Below are positions 55,552 through 64,000 of a stretch of DNA of 64,000 bases, piece after piece. The DNA comes from a virus (lineage: Duplodnaviria; Heunggongvirae; Uroviricota; Caudoviricetes). Each line of letters opens with the position of its first letter. The stretch's first letter is position 1. The stretch lies in IMG/VR virus record IMGVR_UViG_3300028888_000044, positions 259,539-323,538 of that record. One strand, 5' to 3'. A program made the position numbers and the translations under genes. Below the pieces are notes generated by a model. It did no database searches and had not been told where the DNA came from. It was given only the letters and a program-made list of their open reading frames with translations.

Positions 55552-55657
55552 GGGGTCTGGTGTAATGGGAGCACACCTGCAAGCGCAGTAAGAAAGTATA
55601 CCTGAATAATCGGCCGTAGAATAAGGTAGAAAAGAGTTCGATTCTCAAGCCCCACCA
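55552..55657 (+). ncRNA. isolated tRNA-like RNA with expanded centre and encoded CCA
   Basis: GGGGT/GCCCC-A-CCA; D-arm GTGT-AATGGGA-GCAC; GAG-TTCGATT-CTC; two internal hairpins and no 7-nt anticodon loop. Confidence 0.55.
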
Positions 55658-55673
55658 AATATAACAATATATT

Positions 55674-56123
55674 ATGACAATAGAAGAAAAACAACTACTA
55701 CTTATAGACCTTTGTGCAAGACAACCTTACGGTTTAAAGGTAAAATGCGGTAATACAGTCACAAAAGAAATATGTGAATTAATTGGGATTAATGCTGAAA
55801 TTTCTTCCGTGTCAATAAAAGATAGATGGGCAAAGCATTATTTGGAAAACGTTGCTTCTATTAAACCCTATCTTCGTCCTCTTTCAAGTATGACCGATGT
55901 AGAATTCCATAGTATTGAAGAATATACTGAGTTGAAATACGACCAGATTCAGCGTGTATTATGGGAAAAAAAACATACAACTTTAGAGTTTTACTTGAAT
56001 GAAGTGCCACAGTATTGCTTAATTAAAGTCTTTGATTGGCTTAATAGACACCATTTTGATTATAGGGGATTAATTGAGCAAGGTCTTGCTTTAGAAGCAC
56101 CAGAAGACATGTATAATTTATAA
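55674..56123 (+). CDS. MTxEEKQLL-family protein
   Basis: LLIDLCARQPY...KPYLRPLSSMT...DWLNRHHFDYRGLI. Confidence 0.8.
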   Translation: MTIEEKQLLLIDLCARQPYGLKVKCGNTVTKEICELIGINAEISSVSIKDRWAKHYLENVASIKPYLRPLSSMTDVEFHSIEEYTELKYDQIQRVLWEKKHTTLEFYLNEVPQYCLIKVFDWLNRHHFDYRGLIEQGLALEAPEDMYNL

Positions 56124-56124
56124 T

Positions 56125-56538
56125 ATGATTACCGAAGATTATGTTTCTTATGAAACAGCCAAACTTCTTAAAGAGAAGGGGTTTAATGGTGTTATGAGCA
56201 ACAGAGAATGGTACGTAATTAAACCATTTTCTACAGGTACCATATGGAATAGTATAAACTATAACATTGGAGATACAACTTCTGAGTATAATAAGGAATG
56301 TTGTATTCCTAGACCTACCATTCAGATGGCTATGAAGTGGCTGAGGAAAACACATAATTTGTTTGTTTTTCCATTTCCTCAAATGAACACAAACAAATTT
56401 TGGGTAGAAATATATCAATTATCCAATAATCAAGAATGGGTAAACATATATTGTGAATCAATAGATTTACATGATTATCCTCTTTACGAAGAAGCTTGTG
56501 AAGCAGCAATAAAATATTGTTTAGAAAATCTAATTTAA
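56125..56538 (+). CDS. hypothetical phage protein
   Basis: VSYETAKLLKEKGF...PTIQMAMKWLR. Confidence 0.75.
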   Translation: MITEDYVSYETAKLLKEKGFNGVMSNREWYVIKPFSTGTIWNSINYNIGDTTSEYNKECCIPRPTIQMAMKWLRKTHNLFVFPFPQMNTNKFWVEIYQLSNNQEWVNIYCESIDLHDYPLYEEACEAAIKYCLENLI

Positions 56539-56540
56539 TT

Positions 56541-56900
56541 ATGACACCAGAAGAAAAACAACTACTACTTATAGACCTTTGCGCAAGGTTGCCATATAAT
56601 GACTATAAAGTACAAATAAAAGAAGAGGAAGATGATGTATCTCGAATATCCAAACTTGTACCCTCTTATATAGATGGCATAAAATATTGCTCGATTGCTT
56701 CTATTAAAGTTTATCTTCGACCAATGTCTTCAATGACAGAAGAAGAAAAAAATAAATATTATGCTTTAGAAGAGTTATCTAGAAAAGAACCTAATCATGG
56801 GATTGATATTTTTGATTGGCTGAACGAGCATCATTTTGATTATAGAGGATTAATAGGTAAAGGGCTGGCGCTTAATGCACCTACAGGTATGTATAACTAA
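56541..56900 (+). CDS. MTxEEKQLL-family protein
   Basis: Same conserved blocks; start moved from 56517. Confidence 0.8.
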   Translation: MTPEEKQLLLIDLCARLPYNDYKVQIKEEEDDVSRISKLVPSYIDGIKYCSIASIKVYLRPMSSMTEEEKNKYYALEELSRKEPNHGIDIFDWLNEHHFDYRGLIGKGLALNAPTGMYN

Positions 56901-56916
56901 ACAAATAATTAATAAA

Positions 56917-57576
56917 ATGGGATTAGACATTACTGTAAGAAGAATATGTAAAAGAGAAGAGGTTGATGAAAAATACGACTACTTTCGTCTTGTAGATGAT
57001 GAGGGAAATTATAAAAATGATTTTCCTGAATGGACTAAAGATTTCGAAACTTCTAAAGTCGAACAATGCTATGATTGGCAGAAATACAAAGAGGAAACTG
57101 GTATTGACATCACTAAGTGCCGATGGATAGGAGAGTCTTATGGTGGAGAAGGTTGCTGCTTCTTGGAAGTTTGTCCAAAAGATGCAAAATTACCAGAATG
57201 GAATGATGGTAAAGGTTGGAAAGACTTCGATAATTATCAAGAAGCATATGATAAGGCAGTTATCAAGATAGACCTTGAAAAAGTACCTACTTATGAAAAA
57301 GAGGTAAAAGTTCTTTACTATAAGAAGATAGGTTATCAAAGAAAAGGTCTTAATTCCAATTTCTATGATGACTTTAAAAAGGATAAGATAGGTTACTTTG
57401 TATGGACTAAAGCTGAACTTGAAAGATACAAAGAAGACTATTGTGATGAGCCTTATGAATATCGTTACCCTAACGGCAAAATGCCTGTTACTATGATATA
57501 TCCAAAACAAGACTTTCAGCAAAATATCATTGATAATTTTGAAGAAGGTAAAGATTGTGTTACATTTAGTTGGTAA
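56917..57576 (+). CDS. hypothetical protein
   Basis: MGLDI...YQRKG motif; start moved from 56875. Confidence 0.75.
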   Translation: MGLDITVRRICKREEVDEKYDYFRLVDDEGNYKNDFPEWTKDFETSKVEQCYDWQKYKEETGIDITKCRWIGESYGGEGCCFLEVCPKDAKLPEWNDGKGWKDFDNYQEAYDKAVIKIDLEKVPTYEKEVKVLYYKKIGYQRKGLNSNFYDDFKKDKIGYFVWTKAELERYKEDYCDEPYEYRYPNGKMPVTMIYPKQDFQQNIIDNFEEGKDCVTFSW

Positions 57577-57601
57577 ATGACAAGAAGATTAGTAGAGAAT
57601 T

Positions 57602-58000
57602 ATGACACGAGAAGAAAAGCAATTACTATTGGTGGACTTGTGCGCAAGATTGCCTTATGGAGTTAAAGTATACTATCAAAAACTTGAATTGCCTTTTACG
57701 CTGTTTGAGGTAAACCTAAAAGGAGAGGTTCTTACTTTAACTGATGACATACAAACTAACTACTTTGTTCAATATGTTCAAAATTCAAAGCCATATCTCC
57801 GTCCGATATCAAGTATGACAGAAAAAGAAAAGAAGGAATGGTATGGCGTTATTTGGAAATCACAAGAATGCAGTATAGAGAATAGCGAAACTTCAACTAC
57901 ATATGTCAGTGATTGGTTATTGGAGCATCACTTTGATGTACATGGACTGATTAAAAGAGGACTTGCTTTGGAAGCCCCTAAAGAAATGTATAATATTTAA
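57602..58000 (+). CDS. MTxEEKQLL-family protein
   Basis: Same conserved blocks. Confidence 0.8.
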   Translation: MTREEKQLLLVDLCARLPYGVKVYYQKLELPFTLFEVNLKGEVLTLTDDIQTNYFVQYVQNSKPYLRPISSMTEKEKKEWYGVIWKSQECSIENSETSTTYVSDWLLEHHFDVHGLIKRGLALEAPKEMYNI

Positions 58001-58134
58001 TGGAAGACAGAATAACAAGTACAACTTTTCAAGAGATATGGCAACAATCATCTCACTTACAGACATCTATAAAAAGCTTGGTCAAGTTGTCTAACTTGAC
58101 CATTTGCTATATTTATTAATAAATTCGAAATATT

Positions 58135-58701
58135 ATGACAATAGAAGAACAATGGGCAAATATAAGAGTTAAAGCAGCTAAACTAGTTTATAAGTCAACT
58201 AAATTATTAAACATATTGAGCGACCCAATTGAAGTTATAACCAAGTCAGCAGCAAAAAGTCGGAGGTTTGAATTTGATTTAACTGATTATAAAGAGGAAA
58301 TTCAGAAGGTTCTGAATCAATTCCAAGAAGAAATAAATCTTGCCAAAAAAGGTAACAAAGACGCAACAAAAATATTTAGAAATAAGGCAAGCCAAATGGG
58401 TTATGAAATAGATGACTTGATTGATGGAAATGGAAATTATATACCACAGCCAAATGAAGATACTATAATTTATAAAATTATCTACCATACAAAGTATTAT
58501 ATCTATGCGCTGTCACAAGCTAATTTCAACATAAGACTGTTTTCCCCAAAACCTCTCCAAAGATTATATAAGAAACGTGTTAAATATTGGAGTAATAAAA
58601 AACAAACACAATATTCTAGTCTAGAATGGTCGATTGAGTCATTAGGTGTAATGATTCAGCAATATATGAGTACTATAGACGGTTTAATTAAAGTAATGTA
58701 A
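58135..58701 (+). CDS. hypothetical protein
   Basis: 188-aa ORF. Confidence 0.7.
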   Translation: MTIEEQWANIRVKAAKLVYKSTKLLNILSDPIEVITKSAAKSRRFEFDLTDYKEEIQKVLNQFQEEINLAKKGNKDATKIFRNKASQMGYEIDDLIDGNGNYIPQPNEDTIIYKIIYHTKYYIYALSQANFNIRLFSPKPLQRLYKKRVKYWSNKKQTQYSSLEWSIESLGVMIQQYMSTIDGLIKVM

Positions 58702-58929
58702 AAGCAATGACAAAGGAAGAGAAAAGAGAAATGTACAAGCCGCATAAATGGAAACTGTACGAGAATGGTGAGTATATAAACACTTATTATTCACATAATG
58801 AGGCTAAGAAAGCAATGCATCAGAAGAGGGTAGATGCACGTCTTGATTGGCTTGATTTAGATTATGAAATAAGAAGAGTTGATTAACATAATTTAACAAT
58901 TTTTATTTTGATTTATCCAAAATACTTAT

Positions 58930-58937
58930 TATCTTTG
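58930..58937 (+). promoter_or_regulatory. -7 promoter element TAnnTTTG
   Basis: TATCTTTG with TTTG ~20 nt upstream. Confidence 0.55.
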
Positions 58938-59004
58938 CATCAACAAAATTATCATCAATTTTTAAATATTTGAATATATTTATTGTTAAATAATATAGGA
59001 TTAT

Positions 59005-59676
59005 ATGAGAAAATTGATTATAGAGGAAAAGCAATTTAATATGCTTTTTGAGCTAAACAATAACTTGAAATTCAGAGAACTTGATAGAGATATTAGAGAA
59101 TTAGGTTTCACTCGCAGGAATGGTGATAACTGTTATGTGTATAAAAATAAGGATGGCGTTACAATAACTATTCACGCACATAGCGATAACTCTCAAGCAA
59201 AAGCTGATACTATTAAGCACGTTGTAGAAGGTTTGTCTGAATACGGTTGGTTCAAAGATGCAAACAATGTTAAACGTATCCTTCCAACACTTAAAAAGTG
59301 GGGATATACTGCTAGAGAAATTCAAAACATCATTTCTGGTATGGATACAACCGAAGATGATATTAAAGCAGCTAATGAGGAATATGCAGACGCAACAGTA
59401 ACACCAATATTCTCGATGGCTAATTCAGTGTGTGCGTTAGAAACAAGCGAAGGGGTTAACCTTTGTAGAAGCAGTGAAGACAGAAGACCATTATTGGATT
59501 TTTGGTATCATAGAATACTTTACCCAGTCAGAGGAAACCGTAGCATCCCTTGTCTAGTATATGACAACGAAGAGTCTTGGCAATCAGAATGCTACCCAAT
59601 TAACCCAAATGGTACATTGGATTATGACAACGTTATAATTGAAAATAAAAAATATGGAAAAAGTAGAATTTGGTAA
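59005..59676 (+). CDS. protein with HicA-like N-terminal domain and putative head-targeting leader
   Basis: RELGFTRRNGDNCYVYKNKDGVTITIHAH; N-terminus MRKLIIEEKQFNMLFE. Confidence 0.5.
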   Translation: MRKLIIEEKQFNMLFELNNNLKFRELDRDIRELGFTRRNGDNCYVYKNKDGVTITIHAHSDNSQAKADTIKHVVEGLSEYGWFKDANNVKRILPTLKKWGYTAREIQNIISGMDTTEDDIKAANEEYADATVTPIFSMANSVCALETSEGVNLCRSSEDRRPLLDFWYHRILYPVRGNRSIPCLVYDNEESWQSECYPINPNGTLDYDNVIIENKKYGKSRIW

Positions 59677-60016
59677 CACCACTTGTTTTGGATTTACCCT
59701 TGGTAATTGGAGGGTGACAGCTACCCACGAGAGATTAGTCGTAAACAACCACGGCATTCAATTGATGGCTAAAAAAGAGGAAGGCTTGAAAAAGGTGGTC
59801 TTTGACACCAATGCAAAGTCTGTAACTGTAGTTGTTGCAACACCCACATTACCACAAGATGCACCAAGAACATTGGAACTTTCCAACGATACCGAATTGT
59901 TCGATGAAATCCGCAAGGGCATCGAGAATCTGTTGTTGAAAATGCATATGGCAGACACAGTAACACCAAACGAAGACAGAACAGTATTCGAAATCAATAA
60001 TAAGAATGAGCAGTAA
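59654..60016 (+). CDS. hypothetical protein
   Basis: Start moved to ATG 59654; followed by terminator. Confidence 0.7.
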   Translation: MEKVEFGNTTCFGFTLGNWRVTATHERLVVNNHGIQLMAKKEEGLKKVVFDTNAKSVTVVVATPTLPQDAPRTLELSNDTELFDEIRKGIENLLLKMHMADTVTPNEDRTVFEINNKNEQ

Positions 60017-60042
60017 CCAAAAGTTATTGCTCATTTCTTTTT
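60003..60042 (+). terminator. terminator
   Basis: ATGAGCAGTAAC/GTTATTGCTCAT plus T-run. Confidence 0.7.
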
Positions 60043-60099
60043 AACATATTTTAAGTATTTTTGTTTGCTCATATTAAAATTATTGTATATATTTGTATT

Positions 60100-60537
60100 A
60101 TGCTAAAGACTTATACTGATTTAGAACAATCTAAAAAATTGTCTAAAATTTTGCCAAATCAAACGGCTGACATGCATTGGGAAAAAGATTTTACTACCAA
60201 CAAATGGTCTCCCTCTTTATGTCCGTTCTTATTTGTCAGATTTACTAGACAAGAATATATAGACGAAGTTGCTGTGCCTTGTTGGTCATTGGCAACACTG
60301 TATGCGTTATTGCCTATTGACTATTCTTTGAGAAGAACTACAGACGGTCAATACTACATCGAGAACACATCTCGTGGGTTTTATCCAGAAACACTTCCAT
60401 TCAAAAACCCTATAGATGCTTATGTACATATGATTCTCGAATATTATAGTTGCAATAGTAATAAGAGAATGAACGAATTATATGAACTATCCGATAAAAT
60501 AACAAAACAAATATGTGCTGGATTGCAGACAAAATGA
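60100..60537 (+). CDS. hypothetical protein, paralogue of 51939
   Basis: TDLEQSK..ADMHW..PCWSLATL; TATATTTG at 60088. Confidence 0.75.
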   Translation: MLKTYTDLEQSKKLSKILPNQTADMHWEKDFTTNKWSPSLCPFLFVRFTRQEYIDEVAVPCWSLATLYALLPIDYSLRRTTDGQYYIENTSRGFYPETLPFKNPIDAYVHMILEYYSCNSNKRMNELYELSDKITKQICAGLQTK

Positions 60538-60917
60538 ATAAGCAGATTTCAGATGGTCACGTAAAAGTGTTCAAGATTTGTAACTATATTAGTGACCGTA
60601 AAAAGATAGTGATAACTGGATATTTCTATCGGCTATTCGAATATAAATTACGCAGAAAATATAAAACCCAATTAGGCATAGATTATCTTTTTTATAATCG
60701 TGTGTTTGAGGGGTTTCATAGCTATTCTCCAGATATTTGCCACGCAGAAAATGAGGTATTACATAAGGTTATTCGTCTAAAAGACAATACCGTTATAGGC
60801 GTATATGGCAGAGAGTCTGTTGTAGTTGAAGGGTATATTCCCAAAGGTGGTATATACTACGTCAATGAACAAGGTGAAATTGTATCTGATAGCATTGTAT
60901 TAACCAAAATTAAGTAA
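60513..60917 (+). CDS. MCW-family protein, copy 1
   Basis: SDGHVKVFKIC...GFHSY...GYIPKGGIYYVNEQGEIVSD. Confidence 0.8.
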   Translation: MCWIADKMNKQISDGHVKVFKICNYISDRKKIVITGYFYRLFEYKLRRKYKTQLGIDYLFYNRVFEGFHSYSPDICHAENEVLHKVIRLKDNTVIGVYGRESVVVEGYIPKGGIYYVNEQGEIVSDSIVLTKIK

Positions 60918-60925
60918 AACTTATT

Positions 60926-61369
60926 ATGTGTTGGGTTTCAAAAGAATGTAAGCCATTAGTATCCGATGGTAATGTAAAAATAATTAAAATCTGTGGCCAA
61001 AAAGCAAATTCTCGATTATTTGGCTATTTTCGAACATTGTTCTCCTATCATTTGAATTTGACTTATAAAACAGAAGTAATAATACATAAACCTTACTTCG
61101 CTAATGAGTTTTATGGAAAGGAAGGTTTTCATTGTTATTCAGCAGATAAATGCACTTGGAAAAGTGATGTTAAAAACAGAGTAATAAAAATAGGCACTTA
61201 TTCAGATACTTTAACATATTTTGCATCGTATACAATAGATTATGCCAACTTCAGTAATGTAGTTATTGCCGAAGGGTATATCCCAAAAGGTACTGTTTAC
61301 TATATCAACATGGATGGCGAAATTATTTCAAACAGCATTGTACTAACTAAAATAATACAGAGAATATAA
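60926..61369 (+). CDS. MCW-family protein, copy 2
   Basis: SDGNVKIIKIC...GFHCY...GYIPKGTVYYINMDGEIISN. Confidence 0.8.
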   Translation: MCWVSKECKPLVSDGNVKIIKICGQKANSRLFGYFRTLFSYHLNLTYKTEVIIHKPYFANEFYGKEGFHCYSADKCTWKSDVKNRVIKIGTYSDTLTYFASYTIDYANFSNVVIAEGYIPKGTVYYINMDGEIISNSIVLTKIIQRI

Positions 61370-61370
61370 T

Positions 61371-61838
61371 ATGTGTTGGGAATCAAAAGAACTCAAACTG
61401 TTAGTATCTGACGGTAATGTAAAGGTGTTCAAAATTTGCTTAGTAAGCGAAAATGGAAATAACTATTTTAGTTACTTGTATCAATTTAAATACATACTTA
61501 ACAAAGAATATCATACCGAATTAAACATAAAAAAAGCCATCAATGGTGGGCAGAATTATGGAAATGAAGGTTTTCATAGCTATTCTGCTGAACATTGTAA
61601 GGCAGAAAATGGTTGGTGTGATATGATGACACACGGTGCAATGTCAGTGCAACCAAAAAGTGTAAAAAGCCTTAAAATTCTAGACATATATTTTGTTAGA
61701 AGGAACAAACTACCATTAGCATTAATAAATGGTTATATACCAAAAGGTGCAAAATATGCAATAAACGCAGACGGTGAAATCATATCTGATTCAATTGTTC
61801 TTACAGATGTTGTACGCACATTATCAGACAAAAGTTAA
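61371..61838 (+). CDS. MCW-family protein, copy 3
   Basis: SDGNVKVFKIC...GFHSY...GYIPKGAKYAINADGEIISD. Confidence 0.8.
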   Translation: MCWESKELKLLVSDGNVKVFKICLVSENGNNYFSYLYQFKYILNKEYHTELNIKKAINGGQNYGNEGFHSYSAEHCKAENGWCDMMTHGAMSVQPKSVKSLKILDIYFVRRNKLPLALINGYIPKGAKYAINADGEIISDSIVLTDVVRTLSDKS

Positions 61839-61853
61839 CAAAAGAAATATATT

Positions 61854-62276
61854 ATGTGCTGGAAATCAAAAGAATTTAAGCCATTAGTTTCTGATGGGAA
61901 TGTCAAGATAAAGAAGGTATGCTCACTATATAATGGTAACATACACGGTTATTATTATCACAATTTCATTTATGAATTGAACAAGGAATATCAAACCAAC
62001 GTAAGTCTACTATTCGACATCGACAACTTTTATTGTGGGAGTGTAGGGTTTCATAGTTATTTGTATAAGGAAGTATCTTTAATACCAAATAGATATACTC
62101 TTGATGCATACCTCGGTACATATTTCATTACTGCATATTCCAAAACAAGCGATGTCGTTATTGTTAAAGGTTATATCCCAAAGGGCGGTATTTATTATAT
62201 CAACGAAAACAAGGAAATCATTTCAGACCGCATTGTATTGACAAACATAACTCATAGATTAACAGAATTGTTTTGA
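61854..62276 (+). CDS. MCW-family protein, copy 4
   Basis: SDGNVKIKKVC...GFHSY...GYIPKGGIYYINENKEIISD. Confidence 0.8.
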   Translation: MCWKSKEFKPLVSDGNVKIKKVCSLYNGNIHGYYYHNFIYELNKEYQTNVSLLFDIDNFYCGSVGFHSYLYKEVSLIPNRYTLDAYLGTYFITAYSKTSDVVIVKGYIPKGGIYYINENKEIISDRIVLTNITHRLTELF

Positions 62277-62295
62277 CAAACATAAAACAAACAAT

Positions 62296-62634
62296 ATGCT
62301 CGACTTAGTATCCTACAAAAAAACAGTAGACAGCGCATTCGATATTATCAGAAATTGCGGATTTAGCGTTGGTGACACAGTATATCGAGTTGTAAACAAC
62401 GAAATCAAGAAAGACACAATCATCCATATAGAATTCACTGTCTCTACCAATCTTGTAGATTACCAAGAATACTCACAAAGCGCAAATAAGTATGGACTGT
62501 ATATCGTTCTGAAGGAAAGAGGAAGCTTTAAACTTGAAGAATTCAATCGTAAATTCAGCAAAGATATGATACAAGCAGTAAAGCTTGAAGAACAGCGCTT
62601 GCATGATTCATGGAAATGCTCAAGCAAAAAATAG
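62296..62634 (+). CDS. hypothetical protein
   Basis: 112-aa ORF. Confidence 0.7.
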   Translation: MLDLVSYKKTVDSAFDIIRNCGFSVGDTVYRVVNNEIKKDTIIHIEFTVSTNLVDYQEYSQSANKYGLYIVLKERGSFKLEEFNRKFSKDMIQAVKLEEQRLHDSWKCSSKK

Positions 62635-62718
62635 AATATGGTACAATAGAGCTAAAATAAAATATCGCCATTTAACATCTTTTAGATATTTGTGTTTGGT
62701 TTTCTAAAAAATATCAAT

Positions 62719-62726
62719 TATCTTTG
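62719..62726 (+). promoter_or_regulatory. -7 promoter element TAnnTTTG
   Basis: TATCTTTG-TACCATCAAAA, related to 47280/48193 cassettes. Confidence 0.65.
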
Positions 62727-62755
62727 TACCATCAAAATTAATATATACAAGAATT

Positions 62756-63130
62756 ATGGAAAAGATTAAGATGTTATGGAAAAAATTCCAAAAATGGTTG
62801 GAAGAATCCCAATATGATGAAATTCTTAAAGTTAGAGGTTATGAATTCGACACCGTAACAAATGCTTTTGGCGAAAAAGTAAAAAGCACCAAGAAATATG
62901 CCATCCATAAAAAGGTGGTAACTTGCTATGAATTAATATGTAACATCAGTTGGGAACTTTTGCACATCGATGATATGAACACAAACGGTGTTAAAAGAGT
63001 CCAATGGATTAGACCAAATTCTAAACGTGAGTATGACACCACAAAGATAACTTGGTTCAACAGCAAGGAAGAAGCTGAAAAAATCAGACTTGATATGATA
63101 AAGAATCCAAATAACTATATAATTAACTAA
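62756..63130 (+). CDS. hypothetical protein
   Basis: C-terminal FNSKEEAEKI...IKNPNNY similar to 45916. Confidence 0.7.
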   Translation: MEKIKMLWKKFQKWLEESQYDEILKVRGYEFDTVTNAFGEKVKSTKKYAIHKKVVTCYELICNISWELLHIDDMNTNGVKRVQWIRPNSKREYDTTKITWFNSKEEAEKIRLDMIKNPNNYIIN

Positions 63131-63136
63131 AAAAAT

Positions 63137-63619
63137 ATGGAAAAATTATTAATCTCCTATATCATAGGTTATATTTTCGCTTTTATCATTACATTCTTCG
63201 ATGCAAAAATTACAGCCAAAAACGATGGTACGAGCGAGAATTCAATTGAGGATACATTGGGTATGTCATTCTTGATAGGATTCGGTTCTTGGATTGCTGT
63301 ATTTATTTGGTTTTTTTGCATCTACGATGATTTCTCACCCATCAACGTATATAAGTCAATTCAAATCAGATGCGGCAAGGTATTGTCAGCAGAAGAGGCT
63401 TATAAACTCTTAATTAAGAAACAGCGCAATAAAGTAAACAAGGAAATGAAAATGGTAATGGGTGAAATCAGAGACGCTTTGGATAGAGGCGATTATGCAG
63501 CTTCAATCAGTGAAAACTTGCTTGACGAAACAAAAGAAAAAATCAAATCAATGGGTTATACAATTAAGGGGGAAGGTAGTTTTATTACAATCAGCTTTAA
63601 TAGAAACATCAAACAATAA
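63137..63619 (+). CDS. 2-TM membrane protein, paralogue of 51412
   Basis: Two TM helices, LSAEEAY motif. Confidence 0.75.
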   Translation: MEKLLISYIIGYIFAFIITFFDAKITAKNDGTSENSIEDTLGMSFLIGFGSWIAVFIWFFCIYDDFSPINVYKSIQIRCGKVLSAEEAYKLLIKKQRNKVNKEMKMVMGEIRDALDRGDYAASISENLLDETKEKIKSMGYTIKGEGSFITISFNRNIKQ

Positions 63620-63627
63620 ACATTATT

Positions 63628-64000
63628 ATGAAAGAATATTATTATGTAGGAAATGCAAGTGATGATGGATGCGCAATAAAAGTGCGCTCTACAGACAATT
63701 TGTATAACTACGTAAACAGAGAAGGAAACCTCATTTCAAAAGAATGGTTCATAGAATGCAATCATTTCATTAATGGAATCGCAGCAGTACACAGAAAATA
63801 TAATGAATGTAACTACCTCAAAGAAAATGGTGAGTATTTATTGGACAAATGGTACGCTTATTGTGGCGAGTTTGACAAGGAAGGCTTTGGTGTAATCAGT
63901 GAAAGACTTATCATCAATGGTGAACATATAATAAATCATTATATCGTCAACACAAATGGTGAAATATTAAACAAAATACCTTTTTTGTACATTAGAGGGT
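63628..64000 (+). CDS. WG-repeat protein, 5' part (runs off window end)
   Basis: YNYVNREGNLISKEWF...CNYLKENGEYLLDKWY; open to window end. Confidence 0.75.
   Translation, partial: MKEYYYVGNASDDGCAIKVRSTDNLYNYVNREGNLISKEWFIECNHFINGIAAVHRKYNECNYLKENGEYLLDKWYAYCGEFDKEGFGVISERLIINGEHIINHYIVNTNGEILNKIPFLYIRG

Noticed and set aside
53634-62276. Diversity-generating retroelement behind the paralogue families
   Set aside because: No reverse transcriptase and no template/variable repeat pair differing only at adenines.

Overview
Fragment of a large, AT-rich, gene-dense jumbo-phage-like genome that probably infects a Bacteroidota host. The evidence is repeated TAnnTTTG -7 promoters, a Bacteroidota-type lipoprotein and WG-repeat proteins. 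It reads well in the standard code; there is no evidence of Lak-type TAG recoding. Nt 1-17,100 hold an array of about 26 tRNA genes, several atypical, interleaved with small ORFs, two HNH endonucleases, a nicotinamidase, a GNAT and a Nudix enzyme. The same region carries many structured non-coding segments: (1) an apparently covarying mimic of the 58-nt uL11-binding GTPase-associated centre of 23S rRNA, split by a 208-nt insert; (2) a circularly permuted tRNA-like element held in a three-copy GGAAAC-NN-ACAGCAA...GTTTCC motif; (3) a D-armless tRNA-Tyr; (4) two tmRNA-like RNAs with G3-U70; (5) other tRNA-like and ornate RNAs. Nt 17,200-29,700 encode metabolic and tRNA-maintenance genes: Nudix, DNA methylase, DHFR, M28 peptidase, metallophosphoesterase, an HD protein and a CCA-adding enzyme. 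Nt 29,700-39,600 encode probable late/virion genes and an amidase endolysin. Nt 39,700-64,000 are small accessory genes with many paralogue families. All RNA folds and protein family calls were made by eye without database searches. Coordinates were counted by hand and may be off by a few bases.
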